DNA from: Microthyrium microscopicum
Lineage: Eukaryota
Direction: 5' to 3'
Length of the DNA: 64,000 nucleotides
Assembly: GCA_010405405.1 (NCBI GenBank)
Contig: MU004234.1
Coordinates: 763,818-827,817 of the forward strand
This document shows positions 24,724 through 37,200 of the stretch, in pieces; the first letter of the stretch is position 1; each line of letters starts with the position of its first letter. Position numbers and translations under genes: made by a program. The notes beneath the pieces were generated by a model. That model was not told where the DNA came from. It worked only from the letters and a program-made list of their open reading frames with translations, and did no database searches.

Positions 24724-26526
24724 ATGGACCGCCTACCATTGGAAATCTTCGAGCAGATTACCTCGTACCTATGGCGCGAGAAGGAAGACACAAGAGATGG
24801 GCCAACACCAGTCAGAGTCCAACCCGCCCTCGCGAATCTTGCTTGTGTTTCAGCACAATATCAACAACTTGTGGAGCAGCAAACTTTCAACTACATTCAC
24901 CTCAGGAGCACCGAACTTGAAGCTTTCGAGAAAATATTCCAGCAAAAATCTCGACGTCAGACATGCTTGAAAACGCTAGATTTTCACGTTATGCTGCCCA
25001 AATATGGGCAGAGTCAATGGGCACGATATGTAGGTTCGCTGGTTGAATTGACGGACGGATAGCTGTCTTGCACGTCCTGAATCACTCATGTTCAATTGCT
25101 GATGGCTAATCGTGCAGCGCTATGGCGTTCTTATGCTAACAATCTTACAGGAACGGGAGCACGACCGAAACAAGAATAACGAAGCTTTTCATGACGTTAT
25201 CAGGGATTTATTTGATATACTACACTCTTGGGAATTAACCAATGGGCTATCTTCTAACAGCTCTTCATCTGGATCACCAAGTTTCTCATTGATCCTAACC
25301 GCAGAAAGTCCTGGAGATTACGACCGAATAGAAGAATCTCTCGACGATATTGGGCGACGAAGATGGGCGAAATCTTTCCTTAAGATTGACGGTTTTCAGG
25401 ATATCAAGTCCGTTCGGTCGATTGCGAAGTTTAGAACGCCGTATAGCTTTGGGGGTAGAGCTTTAGACCCAGCATCGATGGCTATTCTTTCGTCTAAAAT
25501 GATTGGATTGCAACAGGTGGATTGGTCTTTTGTAGATGAGCAACGACGAACGCTGTCTATGGACGATAGGCGGGATCGACGATATAGTGAGCATATCGTA
25601 CCATTCACAATAATTGGCTAACGTGCGAGATAGAATTCTCACAATGTCTTACGCAGTTGCCACTCCAGAGTCTCACACATCTCAAACTTGCACTTCGATA
25701 CATCGTTCCAGCTAATCATTCATGGAAGATACCCAGCGTTCTTCATCCAGCTGATCAAGAGATTGATTCTCTTAGCCGGGCCATACATGCGGTGTCCCAA
25801 GCTCCGAATCTCCGACTGCTCATTTTGGAGAACGGAATGGTCCTTTCTACATCCATATTTGGACCTGTACAAACCAAAGCTCCCGTCACTGCAAGTCACC
25901 CTGAAGCTGGAACCGACAAAGCTAAACAACCACTGTGGCCTTCCCTTGAGCATTTTATAATCCAGCTTAGCCCAGTCACTCCCGAAGGATCATGGCTACT
26001 GGAAGGTAACGCTAACTCAATGAATCCACAATATGAATACTCGAGTGAGGACTTTGATGATGTTGACGATGAATTGATGATTGATTTTGATATCGAGAAT
26101 ACTGACGAGCCGGATCGCATAAACGAAAGAGCGGAAGCTATTGAAGCGGGTGATGAACCAATTTGGTTCTATCGATCGCAAATGAACACAGCATTATTTG
26201 AGCCGTGGGTGACACAGATGGCCTTGGCCACAAATCATATGCCAAAGCTGAAATGGGGAGCCTTGTCCATGACTACGAAATGGAGGGATACTGATGATGG
26301 AGAAAAGCAAGAGTTTATGGTTGACGTTGAGTGTAAAACCGTTGCAGCTGGTAGGAAGAACTGGGAAGTTCGTGTTGGGAAAAGTTTGGAGTATGTTCCA
26401 GATGAAAAGTTGGTACGTTTTCTTGATAATGATGCTGGCGATGAAGGCAGCGTTATTGTTCAGTTTGATTCAAGCGGCCGGGAGAAGTTGATGAGATGGA
26501 GCTATCAATCTCTGCCGCCGTTCTAG
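24724..26526 (+). CDS. F-box-like domain protein
   Basis: N-terminal MDRLPLEIFEQITSYL...LACVSAQYQQLVEQQTF. Exons 24724-25029, 25151-25586 and 25634-26526 join in frame. Confidence 0.75.
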
Positions 26527-26555
26527 CTTCATCTTGTCAAGAGCGTCAACGGCAT

Positions 26556-26753
26556 GGCAAAATAAATTGCAAAATGAATGGCGTTCTCCCATCAACTCTG
26601 ATGGCTGCCACCAACGCTCTTCAGCAAAAGGTGCTATACTTCTCATTGTATTCGATAGATTATTCGAACTGAAACAGGAAAGCAACCACCCGAGAAAAGA
26701 GAGTGACGTCTGGGAGCCAACGACGCCGATGGGAGCGCGCCATTTGTTTTGCC
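26556..26753. repeat. Hairpin/MITE-like element, copy A
   Basis: Imperfect terminal inverted repeats (gcaaaatgaatggcgttctccca ... tgggagcgcgccatttgttttgc). Homologous to 60907-61105. Confidence 0.7.
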
Positions 26754-26938
26754 GACCAATTGACCGTATCAACTCGAATTAAACAGCCCGAATTTGCCTC
26801 CTTAGCCACCTCTCATCCTTGTTTATCCCCAAGATCTTGAATACAGTGTTTAAAAAGATATACTCTGTACACCGACCATTCAATCATACTCTATGGCGAT
26901 GCTACAACCCATCCTCGGTGCGCATCACCAGAGCACCC

Positions 26939-27364
26939 TCATTCTCTCCTCAACTCACGACTCGGAGGCCAATCCATCCAGACATAGCCTTGTCTGCGGC
27001 ACTTTTTGGCACACTGGATATACCAGCAGAAAAAGCACAGAAACCCTTCCAGGGCAGCACATACCAGTGCCAGTTTGACGCGTTCTTGGTAGGGAAACCT
27101 TTTTGAAGCGTAGTCAACGATGAACCAGGAAATGGCATTTGCGACAGAGAGCGCCATAAACAATTCAGCAAGAATGAGTCCCTCCTCGACTTGGAGGCGG
27201 GGCGGTCCGGGTGCGAAGAAGCCATAGCGATCAGGTACATGGAGATACGATTGGATCTTGTATCCTTTTGTGGCGATGGATAGGTAAACGGGACTGAGGT
27301 TATTGTCGATGATTCGTCGCCGACCTAGGAATAGTCGAATGTTTTAGAGAATCGTGGTGGCCAT
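26939..27364 (-). pseudogene. Small putative membrane protein ORF with in-frame TAA at codon 7
   Basis: caaATGGCC start, MATTIL*NIRLFLG..., then 134 open codons with two hydrophobic segments (LILAELFMALSVANAISWFIV; LALVCAALEGFLCFFCWYI). Confidence 0.35.
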
Positions 27365-29554
27365 TTGATGTCGATGGTTAAAGCCCTTTCGATATGAAGA
27401 AGGGCAATGAATGGTTGTAGAGGAGTGGGATCAAGGAGTTGGTATATGTAAGTACTTACTAGTATCAGGCAAACATCGCGGTACTGCTCAATACAGTATT
27501 TGGGTAAAGTACTCTAGCACAAGCTGCTCCACCTCGGATTACATGTCTGGTACCTAAGATGCTGGAAACACTAACTAATGGACTGAGTGCTCCTGCTACA
27601 GGGCGAATCTCCGCGCATTTCCCTTCGTTCAAACGTTAGGTCGATCTGATATGTACACAACGGTTTGAAGCATGGTGTCAAAGGTAGGCCACGCAAAAGG
27701 CCAGCAATACGGCTCATCTGGACAGCGAGTATCCGTAGAAGGTAGTTGCATCAAGTCATCTACTCTTCTCGACATGGGGAGGTGCTGTCTTGCAGATTCT
27801 TCCACGAGCAACAGATGGTCATGACCATAATATCGAGAAATAGCAACACCACGTCAACTATCATAACATCAGGCAGCAAGAACCCAACAGTTGCTATTAT
27901 GGTGATCACATCAACAATAACGCGTTGTGATGATATGCCAACCATGAAAATCTTCAAGAAACAAAACAAGAAACTTGCCAGCACACAAAACAGGATCAAG
28001 GAGAGAGGTTGGAGCAACGCGGCTCCAGGAGCAAGCGATCACCAACCAGCTGGAAAGGGACCAGGCTAGACCAAACCGGGCCCATGGAAGACAGATGGAG
28101 GCGTCCAAAGTGGGCAGATCAGGGTTAGCGGATCGATTGCGGAGAGGACAAGTGCCTGTTAGAACTTAGTGGAGGGATAATTTCCCGATGTGTGGAGAGT
28201 GGTCCAAGTGTGCATCTTGGGAATCCTTGAAATGGAGAAAGTGAGTTAAGGTACGGAGTACCTACCGTACAGTAACATTGGGATATCGTGATGCTGTACC
28301 TGGCTAGCAAATATAGCTGCAGGACAAGATCATGATAGGTCGATATTGGTGGCTGTAAATGCTTTGCTGCAAGTTACTGCAGGTAAGAAAGCCAGTGATA
28401 TTGCAGCGAGGCATTGTTGGGTGTGATGAAGTGTAAGGGGTTTGAAGGCAAAAGAAGAAACACCGATAGACTGTTGGCGTTTTGATCAGCAATAAAATAG
28501 AATTATTCTGTTTATGTTTAGTTATTATTTTGTGTGAGAAACGCGACTCTTTATAAATTCGAGGAGAAGAGACGCGACGAATTTATGGATCGGTGGCGCC
28601 TCCCCCAAAGCAAAAGTTGGTTGTCAAACGTGGAAGTGACGAATGATGTGTACGACAGAGTCAGGGTCCAAGGAGAGAAAGAACGACGATGGGCGGCGGG
28701 CCAGACACGGTGGGTCAATTTATGGCAGGCGCATCTGACAACTTCTGGCTCGCTCTTGCCTCAGTTTATCCATCGTTCATTCCTCATCTGTTTTGGGCCC
28801 CAAACTCAACTACAACTCCAAATATCTCCTTTCTTCCCTATATCCTATTTACAGTCATAAATCCTCGGAATCGCCGTCGCCTTATCCGTTCTATTCTGAT
28901 CTGTCACTTGTTTGCGCTCGTTGCACTACTGTATCCTGCAGCCCTGCCCACTTCAAGCTGAGCCCCCGCTTTGACTTGCCTCCTAACCTCTGGTTTGACC
29001 TGCACATGCAGCTGACCTGACCAACAATCATCTGTTCTGTACATCTGCACTGCTTATTTACCACTACTGCTGCTCTACCAAAACCGATTCGATTCTGGAG
29101 CGTTACATCTCCAACCTCTTATCCTCCCATTGTCACCCTTTCGGCCCTTCTCCCTCCAATTTCGACTTCAAAACTCATCCTCGGCCCCCTCTACATCTTG
29201 CAACGCACAACCGGTTTCTGAAACATTTCTTCTCCTTGACTTGCGCTGGAGCCTGTCTTTCCTCTAAGACCAGTTTCTACCGAACGACAGATACTTAACA
29301 ACCTGCCCTATATACAGAACAAACAGCTCTGTGCCCGTTGCACGCGCGAGCCTTTTCCGAATCCCTTACCACTTGTACTGCTTCAGACGGCCTTGCAACA
29401 AACCACAACTACTCGCTACATCGGATATCCCGTATTCAAGTATCACTGTAACTTTCGGCTACCTGTCAATTCGTAGCCGACTGTAAGCCCAGCAGTTGTG
29501 TGACTTTTACTGGTCACGTACTACCGTGGCATGCGTGGTGATATGACATAGAAC

Positions 29555-30745
29555 ATGCCGTCAAACGGAAGCTTTCCACCGGTCTTTGAGCGCTCCTCAT
29601 CACCCATGCAAGGAAACTTTCCGGAGCATACAATGGTCTATGATCAGAACGAACCTATGGATCAAGTTTTGGACGGTCTGACTGCCCTACGAGTCGAACA
29701 ACGGACACCAGAACGAGAAGAGAATACAGAAGCCATGTACGATGCACAACTTCGAATGCCACGTCCAAGACCACTTCCATTCGGTCAACGTAATTACTCT
29801 CAGCCATCAATACCACAAGTTCGACCAAATACTCCTCCACGCTCCACCAATTCGTCCTCCCCCTTGCTTCCTTTACCCACACCGCCGACTATTACAAAGA
29901 CACCCCCGCGGCTTTCAAGCCACGCAAACTTTCCAATGGGAAATGCTCCTGCAATGGTTCGGGCACATTCTTCACCGACGTGTCTGTCTCCAACACTTGC
30001 TCCTTCTTTGGCACCACGCTCCTCTAGTCCAATGCGTTCACCAAAGCGGGTACGAAGTCCATTCAGACACGCATCAGTAGAAGAAGCTCCCATGAGTAGC
30101 TTAGGCATACCAATGTCTCTCGAAATTGGTAGCATTTCCGAAGACGCAGAGCTTGAAATAACTCCACGAAGCCACCACAATACAAACTTCAGTCTACCTG
30201 GTGCAACGGGTAGCACATCACCATACGGAAGTCTTACATTTCCACGAACTTTGCGTAGACGCCCAGCTTCACCATTACGTTCGCTAAATAGTTCTCGAGC
30301 ATCAAGTGTTCCAGCATCTCCTAACTTGTCTGCAACCTCCATTCCTTCTTCAGCAAGCCTTTCATCCAGTTTCAGTTCAGAGAGTATCAAATTCAACGAA
30401 ACGTTCCCTTCGGATTTCCCATACTATTACTCTACTTCATCACGATCACTCTCTCTTTCAATGCCATCAACGCCAACTTCAATTCGATCTCGATCACCAT
30501 CAATCTCATCTCTTGAGACTATACCCGATAGCCCGGACGCAGAGGATCTTGCTGTAGAGGAGGATCAGAAAGATCGCCAAGAGCGCAAGAGACTGTGGGA
30601 GACAGATAGCAGCACCCAAACTGCAACTGGAGCTACTGATAGACCACGGTCTGGATTTGGAAGCCGAGATAAGAGAAAGCGCTGGAGTGTTTGTGGAGCT
30701 GAGAAGCGGAGCGATCTGAACTTGGAAACCATTTGGGAAGATTAA
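29555..30745 (+). CDS. Ser/Pro-rich fungal protein with C-terminal KRWSVCGAE..DL.LETIWED motif
   Basis: 396-aa intronless low-complexity ORF with RSRSPSISSLETIPDSPDAE and a C-terminus I recall from a conserved Pezizomycotina hypothetical family. Confidence 0.8.
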   Translation: MPSNGSFPPVFERSSSPMQGNFPEHTMVYDQNEPMDQVLDGLTALRVEQRTPEREENTEAMYDAQLRMPRPRPLPFGQRNYSQPSIPQVRPNTPPRSTNSSSPLLPLPTPPTITKTPPRLSSHANFPMGNAPAMVRAHSSPTCLSPTLAPSLAPRSSSPMRSPKRVRSPFRHASVEEAPMSSLGIPMSLEIGSISEDAELEITPRSHHNTNFSLPGATGSTSPYGSLTFPRTLRRRPASPLRSLNSSRASSVPASPNLSATSIPSSASLSSSFSSESIKFNETFPSDFPYYYSTSSRSLSLSMPSTPTSIRSRSPSISSLETIPDSPDAEDLAVEEDQKDRQERKRLWETDSSTQTATGATDRPRSGFGSRDKRKRWSVCGAEKRSDLNLETIWED

Positions 30746-31432
30746 AGCATAGCCCAGTACCACGTCTCCCACCCTACCATTGCACAGAGTTGCAAAATCA
30801 CCCACGATATCACAAGCCTCAGACCAACAGGACGAAAACCGAAATCACGGATACGAAGAAAAGAATTAAAGCAGAAACTCGCATAGCATACAAAAACGGC
30901 GTTTGAGAGGGATCATGACTTTGACCCACAAGGTTTTGCATTGGATATAGTTTGTATTTTGCTTTTTTATTTGCATTTGTCGTTTGATGGACGGCGTAAT
31001 TGATACCCAAATCCGCTCTGACTGAGCGTTCTTATGTTCGGCATTTGATATTTACTCGATTCCTTTCAAGGCAGATTGAAGGCTCGAGAACAGACTCTTG
31101 AATCTGAATCAAGTAGTCGACGCGCATTTAGCTCAGGTAGCAATTGACAACATCGTAGTTTCTGATATGACGTTTGGATGGTGCGGTAGAGTTGTGAATG
31201 TCGAGTGGAGTAGCCGGATGTGCTGGTAGATACCAGAGTTTCTTCGTGTGTCGACATGGACCATTGAGCCTATGGTGTTGGGAGTGCTTCTCTGGAATTA
31301 TTCTCGAGCGCTTCGAGGATCCTTCCAAAGTGCTCCAGATCCATCTTCAATAACACCTTCAGTGCCGCCCACTGCTAAGCAAGGTCCATTTGGCTCATGA
31401 GAGCAATTGTCATGATATCCTCCCATCCAACA

Positions 31433-32050
31433 TCAATCAACATCCCCCTCCTCAACCCTCACCATCCCATCACTCCCCTCCAAACCCCTCAAATTCCACC
31501 AATAATCCTCCCCAACAGCCACAACCTTCCCAATAATCAACCCCATCGCCAACGGCCCATAATGTCTCGAATCCACACTCCAAGGCACATTATCCCCCGC
31601 CACCCAAACATGACCCGCCGGCACCTTAGCATACCTCCTTTCCCTCCCTCTCCCACCAAACAATGGCACCCACCCCCCCCCCCCATCCTTCCCTTGATCC
31701 TCCTCCACATTCCCAACGTATTCACACGCATCCCCATCAACACAAACCACATCCCCCGGCAATCCCACCACCCTCTTCACAATCCCGCCTCCCTGGTACG
31801 GACTTTTGGCCACCACGACATCGCCGACGCGTACATTGCGGCCCCGTTTTGTGAGGGGGTTGTAGAGGACTATGCCGTTGTGGACGGGTAGGAAGGGGAG
31901 CATGGAGGGGCCGGTGGTGGGGTAGATGGGCGTGGTGTGGTAGACTGCTAGGGCGAGGAGAGCGCTGGAGGTGTAGATTTTGAGGGACCGGGGGAGTAGG
32001 AATTGGCGGAAGGGGGAGGCTTTGGGGAGATGGGGAAGACGGGGCGGCAT
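31433..32050 (-). CDS. IMP1: Mitochondrial inner membrane peptidase subunit (S26, Imp1-like)
   Basis: GPSMLP (catalytic Ser), VKRVVGLPGD (Lys), VPAGHVWVAGDN, SVDSRHYGP. Confidence 0.85.
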   Translation of the reverse strand: MPPRLPHLPKASPFRQFLLPRSLKIYTSSALLALAVYHTTPIYPTTGPSMLPFLPVHNGIVLYNPLTKRGRNVRVGDVVVAKSPYQGGGIVKRVVGLPGDVVCVDGDACEYVGNVEEDQGKDGGGGWVPLFGGRGRERRYAKVPAGHVWVAGDNVPWSVDSRHYGPLAMGLIIGKVVAVGEDYWWNLRGLEGSDGMVRVEEGDVD

Positions 32051-32775
32051 TGTGGTAAGTGAAAGAGGAGGAGAGGAGGGAGATGGGTGAAGAGTGTGGG
32101 TTGTGATGGTTTTGGTGGTGGTGTTGGTGGTGGTGAGAAAATGTTGAGATGGAGATGTTTGGTGCCAAGGGGCTAGGGGGGTATTGCATGGTTGGCGTGT
32201 GTTTTGAGCCGCGTTAGGCTAGGTTTGGGGCGTATATTTCGGGCGATGGCTATATTGGCATTAGGGTGGTTACAGCCTCAACCTCTTGTTGTAGAACTTT
32301 GGTTCTTGGCCATATTCCGTTCGCCATTGATGATTCTAGATCTGTTAAGTGATTCGATCTTGAAGAGCCAGCGTTCACAGTCGTTCATGGCCCAACACCC
32401 CCGATGCTGGCCGAAATCCTGGCCGAAATCCTGCCCGCTGCATTCGAGCCATTTTCTTTCGCGGCAGTGAGCAATTCAAAATGAGGTTAACGTCTTGAAA
32501 TGGTGTTATCGAGCTCAATGGAAGACTTGAGGGTGATGCTCCTAGTCCGAAGTTGTACAAGAGCCGCAGCCTCATATATCCAGAGCTCAAAGAACCTGAC
32601 GTTGATCTTTGATATATCCGAGATATCCGGGTTGCAGCCTAGCCTGCTATATAAAGGGCTGTTGACGGCCCTACTGATAGCTATCAGGACAATCTGGAAC
32701 CGAGAGTCCAAGACCATAGCGCATCTACTGTCTGAATAGAAACCGTGCAGCAGCGAAGGCTTATCAGGGATCATT

Positions 32776-33774
32776 ATGCCTTATCCACCAGTAGATAATG
32801 GTACGTCTATTGTTCTATATCGAGACAACGTACAGCTTGCTATGAAATTATACTGACGATCTGAAGGGAGAACATTCATCAAAACCACCCACAAAGACAC
32901 CTACCCATTCATCAACCCAGCCAAATCAGACCATACCGGCCACTATGTCCTCATCACCGGTGGATCCAAAGGAATCGGTCTCGCAACAGCAATATCCTTC
33001 GCGCAAGCAGGAGCAGCCGGCATAGCAATTACAGGCCGCTCTGACCTCACCGACGCAGGAAAGCAAATCTTCGTCGCAGCCGCAAAGGCAGGAAAACCTT
33101 CGCCTAAAATAGTGGCTCTACCCATGGACGTTCTAGATCTCGAATCCGTCAACAACGCTATGGCCGATCTGGAAAAAGTATTTCCCAAACTCGACATTTT
33201 GATCAACAATGCTGGGTATCTCAGTCCGTTCGATCCTATTATGCAGTCCGAGCCCGCAGATTGGTGGAAGAATTGGGAAGTTAATGTTCGAGGCGTGTAC
33301 TGGGTCACGAAGGCGATATTACCATTCCTATTGAACGGCGGCGAGAAGACGATTGTGAACGTTTCTAGTGCTGGTGCTCATGGAGTTCGCCATGGCGGAA
33401 GTGGCTATCAGACGACCAAGTTTGCGCTGTTGAGATTCACAGAGTATTTGATGGTTGAGCATTTTGATGATGGATTACTGGCTTATTCGGTGCATCCTTG
33501 TGGGAATGTTACAAAATTAGGGTCAAGTATGCCGAAGGATTTACATCACCGTAAGTGAAAATTGAATTCTGGAAAGGATGTGGTGCTGACGATGTGTCTA
33601 GTTCTGACGGATACATTGGAGATTGCCAGTGATACGATGTGTTTTCTGACACAAACGAGGCGCGAGTGGTTAGCTGGTAGGTACGTGAGTTGTACCTGGG
33701 ATATGGAGGAATTCTTGAGCAGGGAGCAGGAGATTGTTGAGGGCGACAAGCTGAAGATGAGGATGACTTTTTAA
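32776..33774 (+). CDS. Short-chain dehydrogenase/reductase
   Basis: TGGSKGIG, ILINNAG, VNVSS, YQTTK, HPCG. Introns ~32800-32866 and 33551-33602. Confidence 0.9.
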
Positions 33775-33956
33775 AAATGATGAAGATGTATAGAAATATG
33801 TTCAGTCTAGCTTTTGATGCAATATAAAATCTCAACTCCGATACCATGATACCGATCCTTCCTTCCCAAAGACATAGGAAATGTAACACAGACATAAGAA
33901 TGACAAAAGAATAGCTCCAAACCCAACCAGAAACCAACCAGAAACCAAAGCATTTT

Positions 33957-34084
33957 GATGAGATACAAGACTGATGAGATAAAAGACCGACGAGGTACAA
34001 GACTGATGAAATACAGGACTGATGAGATACAAGACTGACGAGGTACAAGATTGATGAGATGAAAGACCGATGAGATAAGAAAAT
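33957..34084. repeat. 16-bp minisatellite (GATGAGATACAAGACT) x ~8
   Basis: Eight adjacent variant copies between the convergent SDR and PKS 3' ends. Confidence 0.85.
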
Positions 34085-34245
34085 GAAATAGAAGAAAATC
34101 ATGATGTCAATTTAGATGACTGCAAAAGTTAGCGTCGTTCAATTGTGCTTTGATGGTAAGACTTACACATTCGTCCATCGGCTATGCTTGTGGACAAGTA
34201 TTAGAAATGTAGTCATATAAAGCACACATTCTGTTTATCGTCCAT

Positions 34246-37200
34246 TTAAGCAACAACTCCGATAATCTTTCCGACATCGCGAGCAGCGTGCTGGATGTGA
34301 GTAGCATAGTCTTTGCAGCCGCCATTAGCGCCAACAATGAGAAACTGCAGTCTAGAAAGCTATTAGTGTATGGTCAATAAAGAGCAGCAGGATCAACATA
34401 CTTATCAGGACGAATCATGTTTCCAATACCCATACCATCTTCAACAACTTGCCAGAAACCATAAGAATGGCTATGCTTAGATGGCAAGAAAGAAGCGCTG
34501 AGATACCATTGTTGGGACTTCTGGTGCAATGGGTCCTTGAAGAGCTCTGGAGCCTCTTCACCATCGCGTATCATCTCTTTGAGAGCGAGTAAGTGAGCTT
34601 CAGTGTTCTCGGTACCATCTGCAGCAGTCGTGACGTTCTTGCCATGAGCAATGAGAGCGGCATCAAAGGCAGCCTTGCGAGCTGCTTGGTCGGCAGTGGG
34701 ATCATCAGCAAGCTGGCAGAACTTGAGAACTTCTTCAATGACCATGGAACAACTGGTCCAGCGACCATCGTTGAAGGAGGTAAGAGCGACAGGTTCGTAG
34801 TTGGGTTTCAATTCGCCGTACATGCGGTAAGCAGCAAGGTTGAGAACGACTTGGACGAAGGTGTTGGAATTAGTCTTCTTGGAGGAGAGAGCGATATCTC
34901 CGAAACCTTCGCAGGAGATAGATACCATGTCTTCGGTGCTGATGGTCTTGTCGAATTGAGCGCGAGCCTTGGTGACGATCTCCGAGAGTTCTGTGGTAGC
35001 AGGGAATTGGAGGCTGTCGACTTGCAGACGATAGGCTTCAAGGCCAGCAGTGTTGCGAATTGGTTGGTTCTTGGCCTTCCGGATAAACTCTTGCACGTAG
35101 TCGTTCAGTCTCAAACTTGGTCCCCCATCAGAGGCGGAATGTTCTCCAATATATCCAGTGTGGCCGTTGTCGTTGACTGTAAATTGGACTGGCTTGTCAA
35201 AGAATCGATTGAGACCTTTGCCGTACCAGACTTGAGCAGCTTCTTCCTCGAGAGTCTTGGGTGTCTCGTTGTCAAGGCAGAGGATAAAGCATGAACTCTG
35301 GACATCCTCGAGTGATTGACCCGCTTCGGGAGAAGACTCCATGAGCTTGATTCGAGCGTCTGCCCAGTCATCTCTATTCATGGTAGTAAAGGCACCAACT
35401 TCGAGTGTAGATCCAAGATCTTTCTCGATGATAGCTTCGAGTGCAGCCTTCAACTGACTCTGATCAAGCCGTTGTCCTTTATACTCATAGTTCAACTTGA
35501 AAAAATGACCACCTCGTATCACAGTAATGTGGCGATGAGATGCGGCGTCGAATCTTACCAAGTAATCCTTGGGCTTTCCAGGGATACGACAAGCGTTGAA
35601 CATGTTCTTGTACTGCTGCATATCGGCTTGGGCATCTCTGAGCAAGTCTCGTTCCATGGTACCATTCTCGACTTCTTCTTGGAAATTGAGAACGGCGGCG
35701 CAGATGTATGATGCTGCTTCGCTCATGGTCTGGATGGTGCTTGGCTCGTGAACACCAAAGTAGTTGGTGAATGGTGCAATTGGAGCACGGTTGTCAAAGT
35801 ATTGTCGGTCCATCCATAGATCAGAGTGCCAATTCTTGGTGGTATTGGTGTAGTCCATAAGGCGAGCTTGGAGTTTGTGGCCGACTCCTGTTGGAGCGAT
35901 AAAATTCTCAACACAGGCTTTGGAGCGGAGGTATTCCTCATCGCTAGAGATTAAACGCAGTGATTTGAGTAGTGCAGATGTAGTCACGTCGAGTGTTGGA
36001 ACTGGTAGGCTTGGCAAATCGGACTTGATGTTCGTCGAGTTCAGAGAAACAGTGGTTGGAGTGGAATCCGAGATAACAGAGCCAGTATCAGAGTCTGTGG
36101 ATGATGCTTCTTCAGCCTTTGCGCCTGGTCCATCTTGGAACTCAGCTTCTGCTAGCCATCTGGATCTCTGAGCTGCAAGTTCACCAAGAGCAGCAATCGT
36201 TTTGGATCCGAGGATTTCGAAAGTTCCCAAGTTGCAACCAAGCTCTTGCCTCATCCAGTTTCTGATCTCAATGGCAATGAGTGAATCGATACCATAGTCA
36301 GAGACAGATGCTTCCAGTTTGAGACTCGACAATTGAATGGCCATCAAGGATGCAATCTTCTCAAGAAGCTTTTGACCGATGAAAGTAGTCGCTTCATTGT
36401 AAGACTTGCAGCTTTGAATAACCTGTTGAGCACTTCGAGTTTGAGTGGGACCAGCAGCGGTAACACCAGCCGAGACTGACTGGCGGACTCTCAAGAATGA
36501 GAATCTACCAACTCGAGTGAGGCGTTCCTTCATGGTATGGGAGAGTCCAATCATAAGCTGACTTTGAGAAGCGTTCTCTGGCTTTCGTTTGATGGCGTAT
36601 GAGAGAGCGCGGAAGAAAGTGTCCATGCTGACTGGTTGCATGCCTTGACTTGCAACGTAGTCGCTTGCAAACTTGTTCTCTTCGACATATCCAGCACCCT
36701 TCATCCATCCAAGATCCAAAGATGTGACAGGTTGACCCATACTGGTGAGGTAGCGGGCATACGAGTCTTGGAATGTGGAAGCAGCCACGTAGTTACCTTG
36801 AGTGGGGCCACCGATAATTCCCACAACTGAAGAAAGGATGATGAAGAAATCGAGAGTGCATGGAGGTAGATACTTGACCAAGTTTTGAGTTCCTTGGACC
36901 TTGGGAACAACCACTTCATGGAATTGATCCTTGGTCATGGTTTCGAATGGGCAATCCTTCAAAATGTCAGCTCTATCAAAATCAACTCATGCGCAGCACT
37001 TACTCTTAGAACCATGGCACCTTGCACAACACCACGAATTGGTGGCAAGGTCTTCCTACACTCTTCAATGGCTTCGCGGACTTGGTCCTCGTTACCAACA
37101 TCGCAAGTCATGATAGTCAGAATTGCACCATGCTTCAGCAACTCAGCAGTAAGAGATTGTGCTGCCTTGGAGGGTGTCTTTGATCTGGAGAATGCAACTA

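Noticed and set aside
27629..28492. Hydrophobic minus-strand ORF (27760-28017) and neighbours
   Set aside because: Annotated start is not ATG, there is an in-frame stop just upstream, and no convincing exon structure was found.
33957..34084. Possible CRISPR-like array
   Set aside because: Units are contiguous with no unique spacers, the context is eukaryotic, and there are no cas genes.
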